IMG/VR virus record: IMGVR_UViG_3300017744_005100
Span: 1-58,206 of that record
Origin: a virus
Taxonomy: Duplodnaviria; Caudoviricetes
Length of the DNA: 58,206 nt
Reading direction: 5' to 3' (one strand)
Shown here: positions 21,701 to 31,000 of the stretch, one piece after another
Layout: the number at the start of each line of letters is the position of its first letter
Position numbering within the stretch: the first letter of the stretch is position 1
Made by a program: the position numbers and the translations under genes
The notes under the pieces: generated by a model
Told to the model about the DNA's origin: nothing
Database searches by the model: none
Seen by the model: the letters and a program-made list of their open reading frames with translations, nothing else

Positions 21701-23843
21701 CATCTTTTACAACCCTGACACTAATATTAGCAAGGTCTGGTGATGGCACAGTGGTTGAGTTTGCATCTTGAGCTTGTCTTATTCCAAAAATTGACGCAGT
21801 TACAATGGCTGGTTCAGTAAGTTGCACTGAGTCATGGTATGTTGGTGGTATTTTTGGAAAAATAGCATTACTTTCCACTGTAAATGGTAAATAAATGTCG
21901 TCTGTTGATCCTGAAATAAATGGTGCGGTGTCTGCATTGCCTGCTTCAGCAAAGTTATAAATAACACCTTGTGTGTTCTGATTGTCTGCAAATGGAGTTA
22001 AATCCAAAGAATCAAACTTTATTGAACTGTTTTTATAATCGTCCTTAATAAAGTATTCTGCCTTGTCTGCATATACATTAAAGTTAAATAAATCATCATC
22101 AATGCCATAGCATCTTAATAAGTTTCTAACTGATTTTATAGTACCCTTTGATTTGTTAATATAATTTAAGTTGTTATAAATATTTTTGTAGATAAGATTC
22201 TTAATTTCATTTAATTTATCTTCAAATTTTCTCTTGTCATCTTGATCTAAAATTGTTTCCAAGACCCTCTTATCAATAAACATCTCTGGAATATCAAATC
22301 CTAAAGAGGTTAAGAGTCTTCTATTGTGTGGGTTCGCTGCAACACTGTTATTGTCTTGATACTCAGCTTCGTGAAACTTTACCATCTGAGTGATCTGCAA
22401 GTATAAGCTATCTAAATAGCTGCCCAGTACTTGCAACAGGTTCTGTATCTCGCCGCCTTGATTTAAATCTTCATCCATCATCCACAAGGGAATAGAGTCT
22501 TGTAAACTACCAACATTCTCTGCATCATACTGTGTGCCAGATGCTTCTAAGTTGCTAGACAATGCGTCAACATCGGGATGTATTGAATAGATGATTGGAT
22601 CACCTTTTTCCGCTCCAACACCTGACTGTACAATAGCGGATCCAGTGTCGCGACTATTTGAAACATAGCCAGTCCAGACTCCATTAGCTAGGCGACCTGA
22701 ATAGTCTAAAACTGTTGAATCTGTTGACAATGCTCCTGTTTTGCCTTCATTAAATTTGAAGTAACAAGCCAGTTTTAATGGGTTGTCGTTATTAACCTTG
22801 TTAGTATCAGTATTTCCGCCACCATTTACAACACTAAAGTAATTTCTACCAATCTCTTGAGCATTTCTTGGCTCTTGCCAAAATCTAAATTCATCCAGCG
22901 AACCAGATAATTTACCAAAACCAGCGGGGGTTGCTGGGAGAATATTGTAAAAGTCACCTCCTAGAGCACCGACTGTAAGCTTCAAAGAGCCTGTTTGAGC
23001 AACATTTACACTTGTTGCTGTTGTACTATTGACAAACTCACCATCAAGATATAAATTGGCTGTGTAGGTAGACCCAGTGTAACCATATACAATTGCATAG
23101 TGATGCCAATCGGTATCACTAGTTCCTAGCCCAGTTGACAAATTTAAAATAAAGGTGTCTGAGGGGTTGTTGTAATAAGAAATAAGATTACTAGTCCCAG
23201 CCGATGATATCATGTAGGCACCGAAAGCGGAACCAGATGGTTCTACAGTGCCACGAATATCAAATATTGCTTCTGAACCGCCTGCAACACCAAAAGATCC
23301 TTTTTTTAACCAAAACTCAACTGTAAAACCTTCTGTAAAGTCTAGTCTAAAGCTTTGTTGTTGGCTAGATGTTGTATTCCAAATTTGATCTTTCTGATAA
23401 CCAAATGCTGTAATATGTTCTGGCAAACTTGAAGAGTAAAAGCCAACAGAATTGGTACCATCGTTAGTTCCCCACCCATCAGGTGAAAACACTGCAAAAC
23501 CAGTTGATTTTGGATAATCAACATCTAAAATATGTCGTTCTAGTTGTGTTATTTCATTTCTAAATGCAATTTTTTCTGCATTAGAACCATCGTATGGATA
23601 CTGATTATAAATGCGTTTAATCGCATCTTCATAATATTTCTTAGCTGATCCATATTTTACAAAGCTGCTGGCTGAAGCATAGTTTAAGTCTGGTTGGATT
23701 AAAGAGTCTTCAATCCTTATTTGCTTAACTTCTTCACTAGATTCTATGTCCTGCCTAAATTCATCGAGACTTTTTTTATTAGCACCTCTAAATTGTTGTG
23801 ACTGGGACTTTTGTTTTGAAAATAAATCTTTAATCGACATCAT
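15741..23843 (-). CDS. Giant baseplate-associated protein (2700 aa) with LamG/concanavalin-like domain
   Basis: LamG motifs FTVEFWLK, WHHYAIVY, LYLDGE, GSLDEFRFW and YFKFNEG. The segment KSKGTIKSVRNLLRCYG resembles the baseplate wedge (gp7/gpI-type) motif. Confidence 0.65.
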   Translation of the reverse strand: MMSIKDLFSKQKSQSQQFRGANKKSLDEFRQDIESSEEVKQIRIEDSLIQPDLNYASASSFVKYGSAKKYYEDAIKRIYNQYPYDGSNAEKIAFRNEITQLERHILDVDYPKSTGFAVFSPDGWGTNDGTNSVGFYSSSLPEHITAFGYQKDQIWNTTSSQQQSFRLDFTEGFTVEFWLKKGSFGVAGGSEAIFDIRGTVEPSGSAFGAYMISSAGTSNLISYYNNPSDTFILNLSTGLGTSDTDWHHYAIVYGYTGSTYTANLYLDGEFVNSTTATSVNVAQTGSLKLTVGALGGDFYNILPATPAGFGKLSGSLDEFRFWQEPRNAQEIGRNYFSVVNGGGNTDTNKVNNDNPLKLACYFKFNEGKTGALSTDSTVLDYSGRLANGVWTGYVSNSRDTGSAIVQSGVGAEKGDPIIYSIHPDVDALSSNLEASGTQYDAENVGSLQDSIPLWMMDEDLNQGGEIQNLLQVLGSYLDSLYLQITQMVKFHEAEYQDNNSVAANPHNRRLLTSLGFDIPEMFIDKRVLETILDQDDKRKFEDKLNEIKNLIYKNIYNNLNYINKSKGTIKSVRNLLRCYGIDDDLFNFNVYADKAEYFIKDDYKNSSIKFDSLDLTPFADNQNTQGVIYNFAEAGNADTAPFISGSTDDIYLPFTVESNAIFPKIPPTYHDSVQLTEPAIVTASIFGIRQAQDANSTTVPSPDLANISVRVVKDDNTAKFQLSSSLGVLLESDRFYDVYDNSRWSLSVRVKYDLDPFTVVSGSGPWTLEFNGYNYIQDVLQNSFSLNSALTSAQGTGFTGADKRIYAGAEKENITGSLTHRANMKLLSVLAWADYLEDDELKSHSRDVTSFGRARPYKNSFSFRGNNLDTIFIPKFDSLAMNLAFNQVTSSDSSGEFVVPDLSSGSLTFTTKYPAENYSKIVGIQHTAEGKGFPVSSDVKDIQYLNIMTQQIPENLNTDNMIEILARDDDKFFIDARPVKYFFSLEASMYDTISREMLKTFAGVLDYASMIGSPIVDHQVFHKEMRLARQNFFERVENEPDLEKYVQLYKFLDSAIESVLFNLMPASANASERVRTVIENHLFERSHVSRILPPGRKIDTQNKIGNKTVSGHSPGVANPIAPYESYYEDASTDVKPKDVVGEDFIESFKNFNTHVQGSTFALETRRRDFPKFKGSKNPVSERNIETYLNRYENKRNENAVDTDGQNAFYKLRAKRDREDLDVYSTDPPLKSRASIHSTYQREKHIDITRGAKVKGNILSNTIGPDDASTRDGNVILPIIQTEEAKNTITLTRTETPNISSDITKNFTTYNVGITNTTSDVESVNLVQNNLPLKFAEQSAGAGFFSGGVGAVLNGHHTDIFYSTQEPLQGPFTEQHVGGYKHRHIEVAETDDRPELFKVTATTGEVTTIHNPRSDDAATTYDFNIPRVKFSRDETIKRVYNVKNIATTTGSKTLGNFDKNYQVVMTNGRRQNNFAFVQQNGFDITESESTAVSGVLDFELPNRSLSNGTFNKTVIVNRFSAPGEVATLSEGFLDVEAAELSPYNALPFRNRDPVNSLNDFLAKPSAFGGYQSGSTVTASYHKVQRNRVNRIKESAPGTKFTGSFEDNGFFNYQIPKKDFGYWWINTSADPELSMDGLYGYAANSINTSSYGITFFSGALRGDEENQIINFAYYSTPASKIGSHGYHYEITENSNLILAPTAYTGVEQPTSASIYFLNINGPYGYPSFKQGRTGEHPIARSIKENNVIIASTAADEMRVVHSPVSSKYKPMLHLLKSMEKFGGVPTEKDLILTYPFASEYDFYGNYYDTVNDDLRNPYPSKNFKILDKRDSLFYNISSLYTGKSTIENVNNIKLISLFYSETIYPKETNAYLSKVRDRNTFIFNWRDSLDDRVAKLNGSQEGGGFQSYSLWSMDVDGDNIGDSTKRGELVNRDQDTATQGGSIGDLNVRFGRYYLSGSTGFVNITSSLPRNTVHFGTVDSAQQGPFDDNYSIWNSELRTIAKDHSIIPEYRISEYVESVVDAGRDLLNDNYQSLSLTGSQSTENNNVFLETFAHSDDIPAIEIVREIQQRDAKTISLKISAAKKLLPYDGFYPSQRTLQLSTLFSQSVQPDATLAGSVASFQTLNNVVFSRLTYGSIRAGTAIDSANWVNGPLVTGGEIEDANNQKWNRIPFEAIIDPASYLNPSSLIVENDYENTFNSTASVGYIDSNYGLAASNFYAGVVDTFIEDSVLTSIKSKPESEWKFTQGNFDNYSLDIVVSKKSNFSNHDDPSANGYPYAVHSCYYQSILSTTGGGLDWVGLENEEIRRTNGYVQPNASWAYNEAIVNINFDYNSFRTAVTDRDPTLNDIMFYSTKTYKNKQMDDADLTLAKGFGTSSVNSSSPFMTIEAGVDLFVSNNIGQWTPTLRWECPTHNYVSVTALYPDGTSGGDGDAITDVNRGVWHQYSTDTNSGLKLFARGPETSAARTTGSLATAVGFEIEQKVVSQLSKSAELKEFLIVIPFVTNECQEETFFHYPIDQFERAYSNIDKDNRGSLSTMLATQRELILPPRLNYMDARDASAHRLEQDEYGQILPPFAMYIFEVTENLSQEDLSKWWQGVLPSAGTKVAMEQFNINHKIEEGEIISPSVLNNDIFGGKLPKEMRFKIFKAKYRRNFTYDDIKNKSIYGTEPNNPVLGYNYPHDFYSLIEMAKVDIGLEYDGDEE

Positions 23844-25296
23844 TTACCCTAAACTTAAATTTAGCTCTCTGTTCTGAGTATTCGCCTACTAGATTAAATA
23901 GGAAGGTAAGTTGATAACTGTACCCACTTTGTAGCATACTCATATCTAAATCAAAATAATTACCAGAGACATCATAAGATAGTTGGGTATATGATTCATT
24001 TCCACTTCCGGTACCATAAGAAATAACTTCAAAGTTGTCTACCACTCTGTTTAATTTGTAGTATGCTTTTTCTATTGGAGTTGTTTCAATTTGTGTTTGT
24101 GCCACAGTGTAAAGGTTTGGATTCCAATTCTTTGGACGAACATAAAGTCTAAAGTTAGCAACTTCATCTGTTGAGTAGGTTGTTTTAAGATTTGTAATGT
24201 TTACTACCCAATCTTTAATTGGATAATTTGCTGCACTCTCTAGCGGTTTAACTGTAATAGCCGAGCCGGTAAAAAGCTCTTCAGTGTCTGAGTCGTCAGA
24301 CCAAACAGGGTATACGGTTGTAATCGAAGAAGAATTAAAAGCAATGCTCGCACTATAAATGCCTGTTGAAACTTTATTGGCTCCGGCTCTATCAAGACCA
24401 TCTGTGGGCACATCTCCACCGGCTGGTAATGGGAGTCCAGATCCGACTGGTCCAGTAGATCCTGAATATAACCTTACAAGCGGGTTGCCCAATGGAAGAT
24501 CAACTAACTGTCCCCTAATATAATTGTACAAGTACAAAGTGTTTAAATTATCGGCAGCGGGTGCTCTTGAACTGCTTAGGTAGAAGTTGGAACTATCATC
24601 AGCCTGATGATCATTGAATCGAGCTTCTAAAACCGGTCTTCTATGAAAAAACTCACTTCCACGAGCAAAGAACTTTTTAGTGTAGTAAGATTCTGTCGCT
24701 TGTTCTTGGCTTGAAGTTAGAAAAACACCAAAGCCATAACTTCCTGTGACTCCTTTTAGCCACTCTTCAACAATCGTAGTTACATTTAAGTTTAAATCTT
24801 CAGTACCGCCATCAAAAGACTGAGATGCATGCATATCTGGAGTGTCCCCTGATCCGGTTAAATAATCACCACCTTGGACTGACCAAATTGTTGATGAGTT
24901 GGCTTTCTCCCAATTTGATTCACCAAGATCGGTGTAATTGTTCATATCTAATCCAGTGCCCTCATTCCACGATTGTGAAATTGCGGCGACAGTCAAAGTA
25001 AAATCTCTCGGTGTTGACTCAACATGTTCAGCGTCATACATGCGAAGGTAAAAATCAACTGAGCCTGAAGCCGGGATAGTACCTGCCGTTCTTGCTGCGG
25101 CGACGGCTGTTGTGTCGAATTCTACTAGGACCCTAGATAACTCGCTAGAAGCTGATGTGGCTTGCCCATAGATGCTAAACACTTCTAAAATGTCAGCAGC
25201 ACCCATGTTTGATCCTGTACCACGGGTTGTTAAACCTTCTTTGAAAGCATTTGTTATTGTATTGTCTTTGGTGGCAAAGAATCTTTTAATAGCCAT
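23830..25296 (-). CDS. Virion structural protein (DNRLRE-like beta-rich domain)
   Basis: Motifs KDNTI...SRVLVEFD...YLRMY...ISQSWNEGTG...W...GGD...LNVTTIVEEW...RPVLE; lies between the gp6-like and giant baseplate genes. Confidence 0.55.
   Translation of the reverse strand: MAIKRFFATKDNTITNAFKEGLTTRGTGSNMGAADILEVFSIYGQATSASSELSRVLVEFDTTAVAAARTAGTIPASGSVDFYLRMYDAEHVESTPRDFTLTVAAISQSWNEGTGLDMNNYTDLGESNWEKANSSTIWSVQGGDYLTGSGDTPDMHASQSFDGGTEDLNLNVTTIVEEWLKGVTGSYGFGVFLTSSQEQATESYYTKKFFARGSEFFHRRPVLEARFNDHQADDSSNFYLSSSRAPAADNLNTLYLYNYIRGQLVDLPLGNPLVRLYSGSTGPVGSGLPLPAGGDVPTDGLDRAGANKVSTGIYSASIAFNSSSITTVYPVWSDDSDTEELFTGSAITVKPLESAANYPIKDWVVNITNLKTTYSTDEVANFRLYVRPKNWNPNLYTVAQTQIETTPIEKAYYKLNRVVDNFEVISYGTGSGNESYTQLSYDVSGNYFDLDMSMLQSGYSYQLTFLFNLVGEYSEQRAKFKFRVNDVD
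23895..23901 (-). promoter_or_regulatory. Candidate late promoter CTATTTA
   Basis: CCTATTTAA about 52 nt upstream of the 2700-aa gene start. Confidence 0.45.
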
Positions 25297-27086
25297 TATC
25301 TAATTTCTCCAACAATATCAGAATCTAAATTTTTAATTTCAAAAATTAAATTTTCTGGTATTCTAACTAGTCTTTCGTCCGCTGTTGTATTTGAATCAAT
25401 GTCGTACTGAACACTGCTGTATCCTGCACCAAACTTTCTTACAATCTGTACATTCTTTGTGTCAACAACACCATCAACATCATTTAAAGTTGAGTAGATG
25501 TCAGAGATGTAAATTGGCTCTCCTAAATTAAATTTAGTTGTATATTTTTGTTTTAGTGCATCAATCGCATCATTCAAGACTAATGTAAAATCTTTTTCAA
25601 GTTCACCAACTAATTCAAAATTAATGCCAATATTAACAATGCCTGCATCCAAAATGTCAATTGAATCATTAATCATTTTATAGTGATTTAGCCATTGCTT
25701 AACATTTTCTTTTAAAGAGTCGGAAGCATTAGCTAAGTTGCCATTTTGATTTTCTGCGATTACATACAAGTTTAAGTTTCTTTTAGAACTGTTTGAATCT
25801 TGTGAAATGTTTGCTCTTTTAATAGCACCAAACTTGGAAGGCATTCTGTACAATATTGCTAAGTAATCTTGTTTTGTAACTGCTCTATTTTGTGCAGCAT
25901 AATTATCAATTGCACGAACTTTAATTTCATCTGCTGTTGGGGCGGCAATGTTGCCAACAATAGCTTCTTCATTGTCAACCTCAAAAGCTGAAATTTGTTG
26001 CAAAGCAGTTGTATTAGCGATATCGCTCTGCCTAAATTCAACGATCGCATTTACGACACTATTAACGGAGCTTACGGCTGCATTAACAGTTGAGGAACTA
26101 TTTTTTCTGTAGCTAACTGTTAAAGTGGTATTAACTGGTACAATACCCAATTTTTCTGTTTTAAGGATTTGTGATGGATCAAAACTAGTATCAGAGAAAA
26201 ACTGTTTTCCATTTAATTGTAGTGCTGCTGCTGTTGGGTCTGGGAATGATTTATTTTCAATCTCAGTCTCTGAACCAAAGCCAAACTGAAGATGAGTGTC
26301 TCCTTCAATATTTTGTTCCATGACAAATCTTCTTGGAACATACATGTCTCTAACAACATATGGTACAGTCTCTGAGTCGTCTCCGAGGTTTCTGATGGAC
26401 CTGAAAACAGTATTCTGTGAAAGGTATTCAACTTCGTAGTATTCGTTACCATCGGAGTCTACTACACTTGTAATCTCAGAAATGTTTGTGTCATCAACTT
26501 TTAGTTTTAAAAATCTCTCAAAATCGCCAACTACGATTGTATCTTGTGATAATTCTCCAGAGACAATTGTTCCATATGCCTTGTAGGCAAAGCTAGTTGG
26601 AGTACCATTTGCATCTACGGCTGCAACTTTAATCTGTGTGTTGGCATCTGCAAAGTCAACATCATCTGCTAGTGTGTAGGCTGAGCCATTATCTGATGAT
26701 AGTAGCGAACCAGCCTTTAAAATTGGAACATAATCTGTATTTGGTCCTGTGCCTGCATCGTTTGCTGGAACTGAAACATAGAAAGCAGCTTGACCGGTTG
26801 CGACGGGAGTGGTGCCAAATTTATATCCAAGTTGTTTTGCAATCTTAAAAATACTATCTTCTAGGATAGCTGAATCCATCAATGTTTCGTTAGTTTGAAA
26901 GTCTACATAGAAAGACATAATATCACCTATGTATGCAATCATGTCAATCATCATGGCACCAAAGGATGCATCATTAAAATCCTTATAAGTGTTTGGATAA
27001 TAAATTTTTGCATAATTGATAAGGTCCTGCTTGATTGAAGCAAAATCTCTATTTGTGTAATTAATTGGCGGCTTTACCGTTGGCAT
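25296..27086 (-). CDS. Baseplate wedge subunit (T4 gp6 / baseplate J-like)
   Basis: NYTNRDFASIKQDLINY...DFNDASFG...AKQLGY, LQFGFG and QNRAVTKQDY motifs; follows the gp25-like gene. Confidence 0.88.
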   Translation of the reverse strand: MPTVKPPINYTNRDFASIKQDLINYAKIYYPNTYKDFNDASFGAMMIDMIAYIGDIMSFYVDFQTNETLMDSAILEDSIFKIAKQLGYKFGTTPVATGQAAFYVSVPANDAGTGPNTDYVPILKAGSLLSSDNGSAYTLADDVDFADANTQIKVAAVDANGTPTSFAYKAYGTIVSGELSQDTIVVGDFERFLKLKVDDTNISEITSVVDSDGNEYYEVEYLSQNTVFRSIRNLGDDSETVPYVVRDMYVPRRFVMEQNIEGDTHLQFGFGSETEIENKSFPDPTAAALQLNGKQFFSDTSFDPSQILKTEKLGIVPVNTTLTVSYRKNSSSTVNAAVSSVNSVVNAIVEFRQSDIANTTALQQISAFEVDNEEAIVGNIAAPTADEIKVRAIDNYAAQNRAVTKQDYLAILYRMPSKFGAIKRANISQDSNSSKRNLNLYVIAENQNGNLANASDSLKENVKQWLNHYKMINDSIDILDAGIVNIGINFELVGELEKDFTLVLNDAIDALKQKYTTKFNLGEPIYISDIYSTLNDVDGVVDTKNVQIVRKFGAGYSSVQYDIDSNTTADERLVRIPENLIFEIKNLDSDIVGEIR

Positions 27087-27475
27087 TATTCTGTCTCTCC
27101 GTTCAAGTTAATGAGGATGTTATCATTAAAATTTAGTGGTGTAATGTAGTAGTTTATAGCTATGCTTATTAAATTTGAATCAATATTTGAATCATCAAAC
27201 CTGACACTTCGAACTTTTATAAATGGCAGGTAGGCTTTTGCCTGTTCTATTACTCTAGATTTAAATCTGTCTTTTACATCTGATGTGTAGTTTTCAAATA
27301 AAAGACCAAAGGCACCACAACCAAAGTTTGGATCCATTATTCTTTCACCGGGTGTTGTTAAAACTAAATTTTTAAAATTTTGCTTTACAGTAGAAGCAAG
27401 ATCCTTTGTTAATCCATAAGGACCATCTTGTTTAGTAACTCTCAATGGTAGTTTAACGGATATTCCTATCGCCAT
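27086..27475 (-). CDS. Baseplate wedge subunit, gp25/GPW family
   Basis: KQNFKNLVLTTPGERIMDPNFG...LLFE...YLPFI signature. Confidence 0.9.
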   Translation of the reverse strand: MAIGISVKLPLRVTKQDGPYGLTKDLASTVKQNFKNLVLTTPGERIMDPNFGCGAFGLLFENYTSDVKDRFKSRVIEQAKAYLPFIKVRSVRFDDSNIDSNLISIAINYYITPLNFNDNILINLNGETE

Positions 27476-27477
27476 TT

Positions 27478-28035
27478 TTAATCTTCCTCGTTAAAATTAA
27501 TTAGACTCTTAAGTGTATTATCTAAGATATCGTTTTGTGCTATAATAGGAATATCTTCATTATCACTCCAGAATTTTAGAGGATCAAATGTAAAATAATC
27601 GCGGATTCCATTCAAAATGAAGTATATATCAAACAATGAATCGCCTTCTGGGTATTCAAATATATAGCCTAATGGTTCTTCTGGTATATCCTGAAAATAA
27701 TTGTCTAAAACTTTTGCAAACACTGACTCAAAAGAAGAATTGGCTTCTTGTACAATTAATTCCTCAGACTTTGTGGTAAAATCATAGTTTGTTTGCTCTG
27801 TAAACAATGAACAAATCAAATATTCTTCATATATCTTGACATCTTTTAAGCTAGTTTTGAATTCAATAAACAATATGTTTCTAAAAGCATCTTTAATTTT
27901 ATCTGGTAATATTTGAGATTTAAAAATATTTCCAAAGGTAGGGTTCAAAATAAAATAACTTGCAAAGAACAGCTTAATTCTTTGTTCAACTATGTTTGCT
28001 GTATTTGTCTCTACAAACTGGCTAAATCCTATCAT
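27478..28035 (-). CDS. Hypothetical protein (185 aa)
   Basis: Coupled ORF (ATGA overlap) in the structural operon; no motif recognised. Confidence 0.5.
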   Translation of the reverse strand: MIGFSQFVETNTANIVEQRIKLFFASYFILNPTFGNIFKSQILPDKIKDAFRNILFIEFKTSLKDVKIYEEYLICSLFTEQTNYDFTTKSEELIVQEANSSFESVFAKVLDNYFQDIPEEPLGYIFEYPEGDSLFDIYFILNGIRDYFTFDPLKFWSDNEDIPIIAQNDILDNTLKSLINFNEED

Positions 28036-31000
28036 TGTTCATCCTTCAGCTTTTTAATTAAACCGCTCATTTTAAACATATTATTCATATAATAATCTAC
28101 AGCCTCTGTTGACTCATCAAGCAAACCATCAAGTTTTTTCTTAACTTCGCTTGCTAATACTTGTATCTTCTGTCCTTCTTGTCTTAACCCATCTAGTCCA
28201 GTAAGTTCATCTACTTTAAGTCCCTCTTTAATCTTTAGATAGTTTACTATCGCTAGGTTTTGTTTTTCAGCAGCAGCAGCTTTATCTAATGGTCCAAGAG
28301 GTGTTACCAAGTTAATCGGTGTCTTTAGTATTACTTGCCCTTCTTTAGAATCTGATGGGGTATAAGAGTAAACTAAATTAATTGAATCGTCCCTGTCGAT
28401 TCTAAGACCATTTATATTATTATCTGTTATAACGGGTGCAAAACTGTATAAATTCTTTCTAATATTTTGTACAACAACACCATCAGGATCAAGTGGACCT
28501 GGGGATGGATATCCGTATGCAAGATAACCATATTTATTATCTTGTAAATTTATAAACGATAATATTTGCTGGTAGTTCTTTTCACTGAGGCTGTCAAGCC
28601 CAGTAATTTCACTGCCAATAGATATTTCTTGTGAAAAATTATTTGGTTTAGCAACAACATACTTTGATGGAGTTGAATCCGCCCTAACCAGAAAAACTTT
28701 TTTATTTAAAAATCTATTTTTATCTAGTTTGGTGCCAACTCCCAGTATTTCTTTAACCGGGGCTTCTAATGCCTTTTCTAATGTTGCTGGTAATTTCTCT
28801 GTTTTGTATACAAATAAACTATTATTAACCAATGGATTAGTAAAAAGTGCAAAACCAAATTTTAAACGATCAAACTGTACAAACAGGGGGGCTTGAGTAT
28901 CTTCAACAATTTGCCCACTTAGAACATTGGTGCCCTCAATTAAACTCTCTGCTGACTTTAATAATTCTTTTTTATCTTGCTGGTTTATCAAATCCGAAGT
29001 TGAATTTTTTGCTTGCCCATATGCTGAATTTATTGTATCGCAAGCTTTATTGATAGAGTCAATGATTGAATTTAACTTATCTAATACTGTTTGTTCTTTA
29101 TCAGCGGCAGTTATAACAAAGTCTTCAAATAAATCACGACCTTCAGTGTCTTTTGATGTAAGATTCACAAAACATGGGCTTGTTCTTCTGGTAACTGTTT
29201 TTAAAGACAATTCATCAACAATATTATTATTAATAAACTGATTTAGATAGATGAATAGGGTTGATAGATTCACTTCGTTTTTTAATTCTACTTTTATTAA
29301 ATTTAGCACATTTAAATCATCAACAACAACTTGATTTAATTTTTTTACATCGTCAGTGACAAAACCTTGTAAAAGGTTTTTAAACTCTGGTACTGTTAAG
29401 TTGTCAGAGAGGTTTTTAAGATAACTTAAAATAAGCCGTTCTTTATTGACCACACCTTCTTGCTTTGATAATATTGGATAAATCTCAATGGCTCCATTTA
29501 AAATGTTGCTTAGTGGTTCTATGCCACTCTTTGTTAGCATTGCCACTATGTCAATCTTTATTATATTCTCAGCCAACTTTGAAATATTTTTTGAACTACC
29601 AATAGAATCTAGAGATTGTTCTGGACCACCTAATAAATCTAAAGCATTTTCTAGTTGACTGTTTATACTATCTCCTAAAAACTCAGTTGCTTCGGAGAAA
29701 GACCTTTGAGCTAAATCTTGCAGGTTTGATATAACTGTCGATAAAATATTTGCAAGAGCAGCTACTGCAACTTTTTGCACTTCTGCCTCTATCTTATCGC
29801 GGATTGCAGCTTGAAAATCTAAAACAAACAAGTAATCAATATTGTCAGCCAAGCCAATCAAATCTTTTAAATCTTTTTGTACAAATTTTTGTATATTTTC
29901 AAAAGCCTCTTTGTAATCTTTTATTGTTTCGATGGTATCTAATACATCTTCTCCAAGGTCTTTTAAACAAGAATCAACAACATTCGTCACATCTTTTGCA
30001 ACATCTTCAGACAAATCCTCTATATTACTTAATGTGTTGCTCAAGTTAGAAAGGTCATCCTTTAAGCCTTTGGCTGCTAATTCGGACCAATCAAACTTTG
30101 TTAAAATTTTATCATATATCTGGTCTAGATCTCCGCTATCAATGATAGAGGACAAATCTTTCAAGAATGGGTCATTAGTTGTTGCGGCAGCAACTACAGA
30201 AATTTGTTTTTGAGCCTCAAACAAAAGCTTTTCTTTTGTGTTGTAGAAATATTCTTCAATTGGCTGTCCAACCTGTTCTTTTACCTCCACACCTGATAGT
30301 GAGGCTATAGATTTACCTATATTTGATATTTCTCTTGTTATCTGTTTTGCAGTTTCAAGTTTTTGATTAATATTTTGTAGTGTATCGTCTGCTAAATCCA
30401 AAAAAGAAGGTTTAATTTGTATTCTTGGGTAATGATATCTTAATAAAAACTCATCAATGCTCTTAGAGATGGCATTTACATCGTCATATGTCTCGTTTCC
30501 AAGCAAAAAGTCGATATCAGAACCACCTTTTTGTAGGTTTAAAAAGTCAAAACTTGGATTATCGCCGGAGGATTCAAGCAATAAAATCTCATTTGAGTTG
30601 TAAAAAAAGCCATTTATAGTTGAATTTACCATGATTATTGGGTATTCACTGCTTTTTATTATGGTATTTTGGTAGTGTTGATCAGAAATAACATAAGGAT
30701 CTAAATTCTTATTATAGACACCTTTTTTGACTAACACTTTCTTAAAATATTCACTAATAAATGCTAGCTCACCGTCAATACCACTCTCATTGCTCTTTGT
30801 GTCTTCTTTTGTTCTATCAACATCAGACAATAGCTGGTAGATAAAATCTAGATTACTCAAAGGCTCATTTAATTGATACTCAAATGGAATGTTATTTCTT
30901 TGTTTTTGTGGTTCTTCGACAATTGTATTGTTGTAATAATTCTCTTTTTTGTTTGAAAATACCGCTAATAGTTGATAACTGTCATCGTAATAAAATGATA

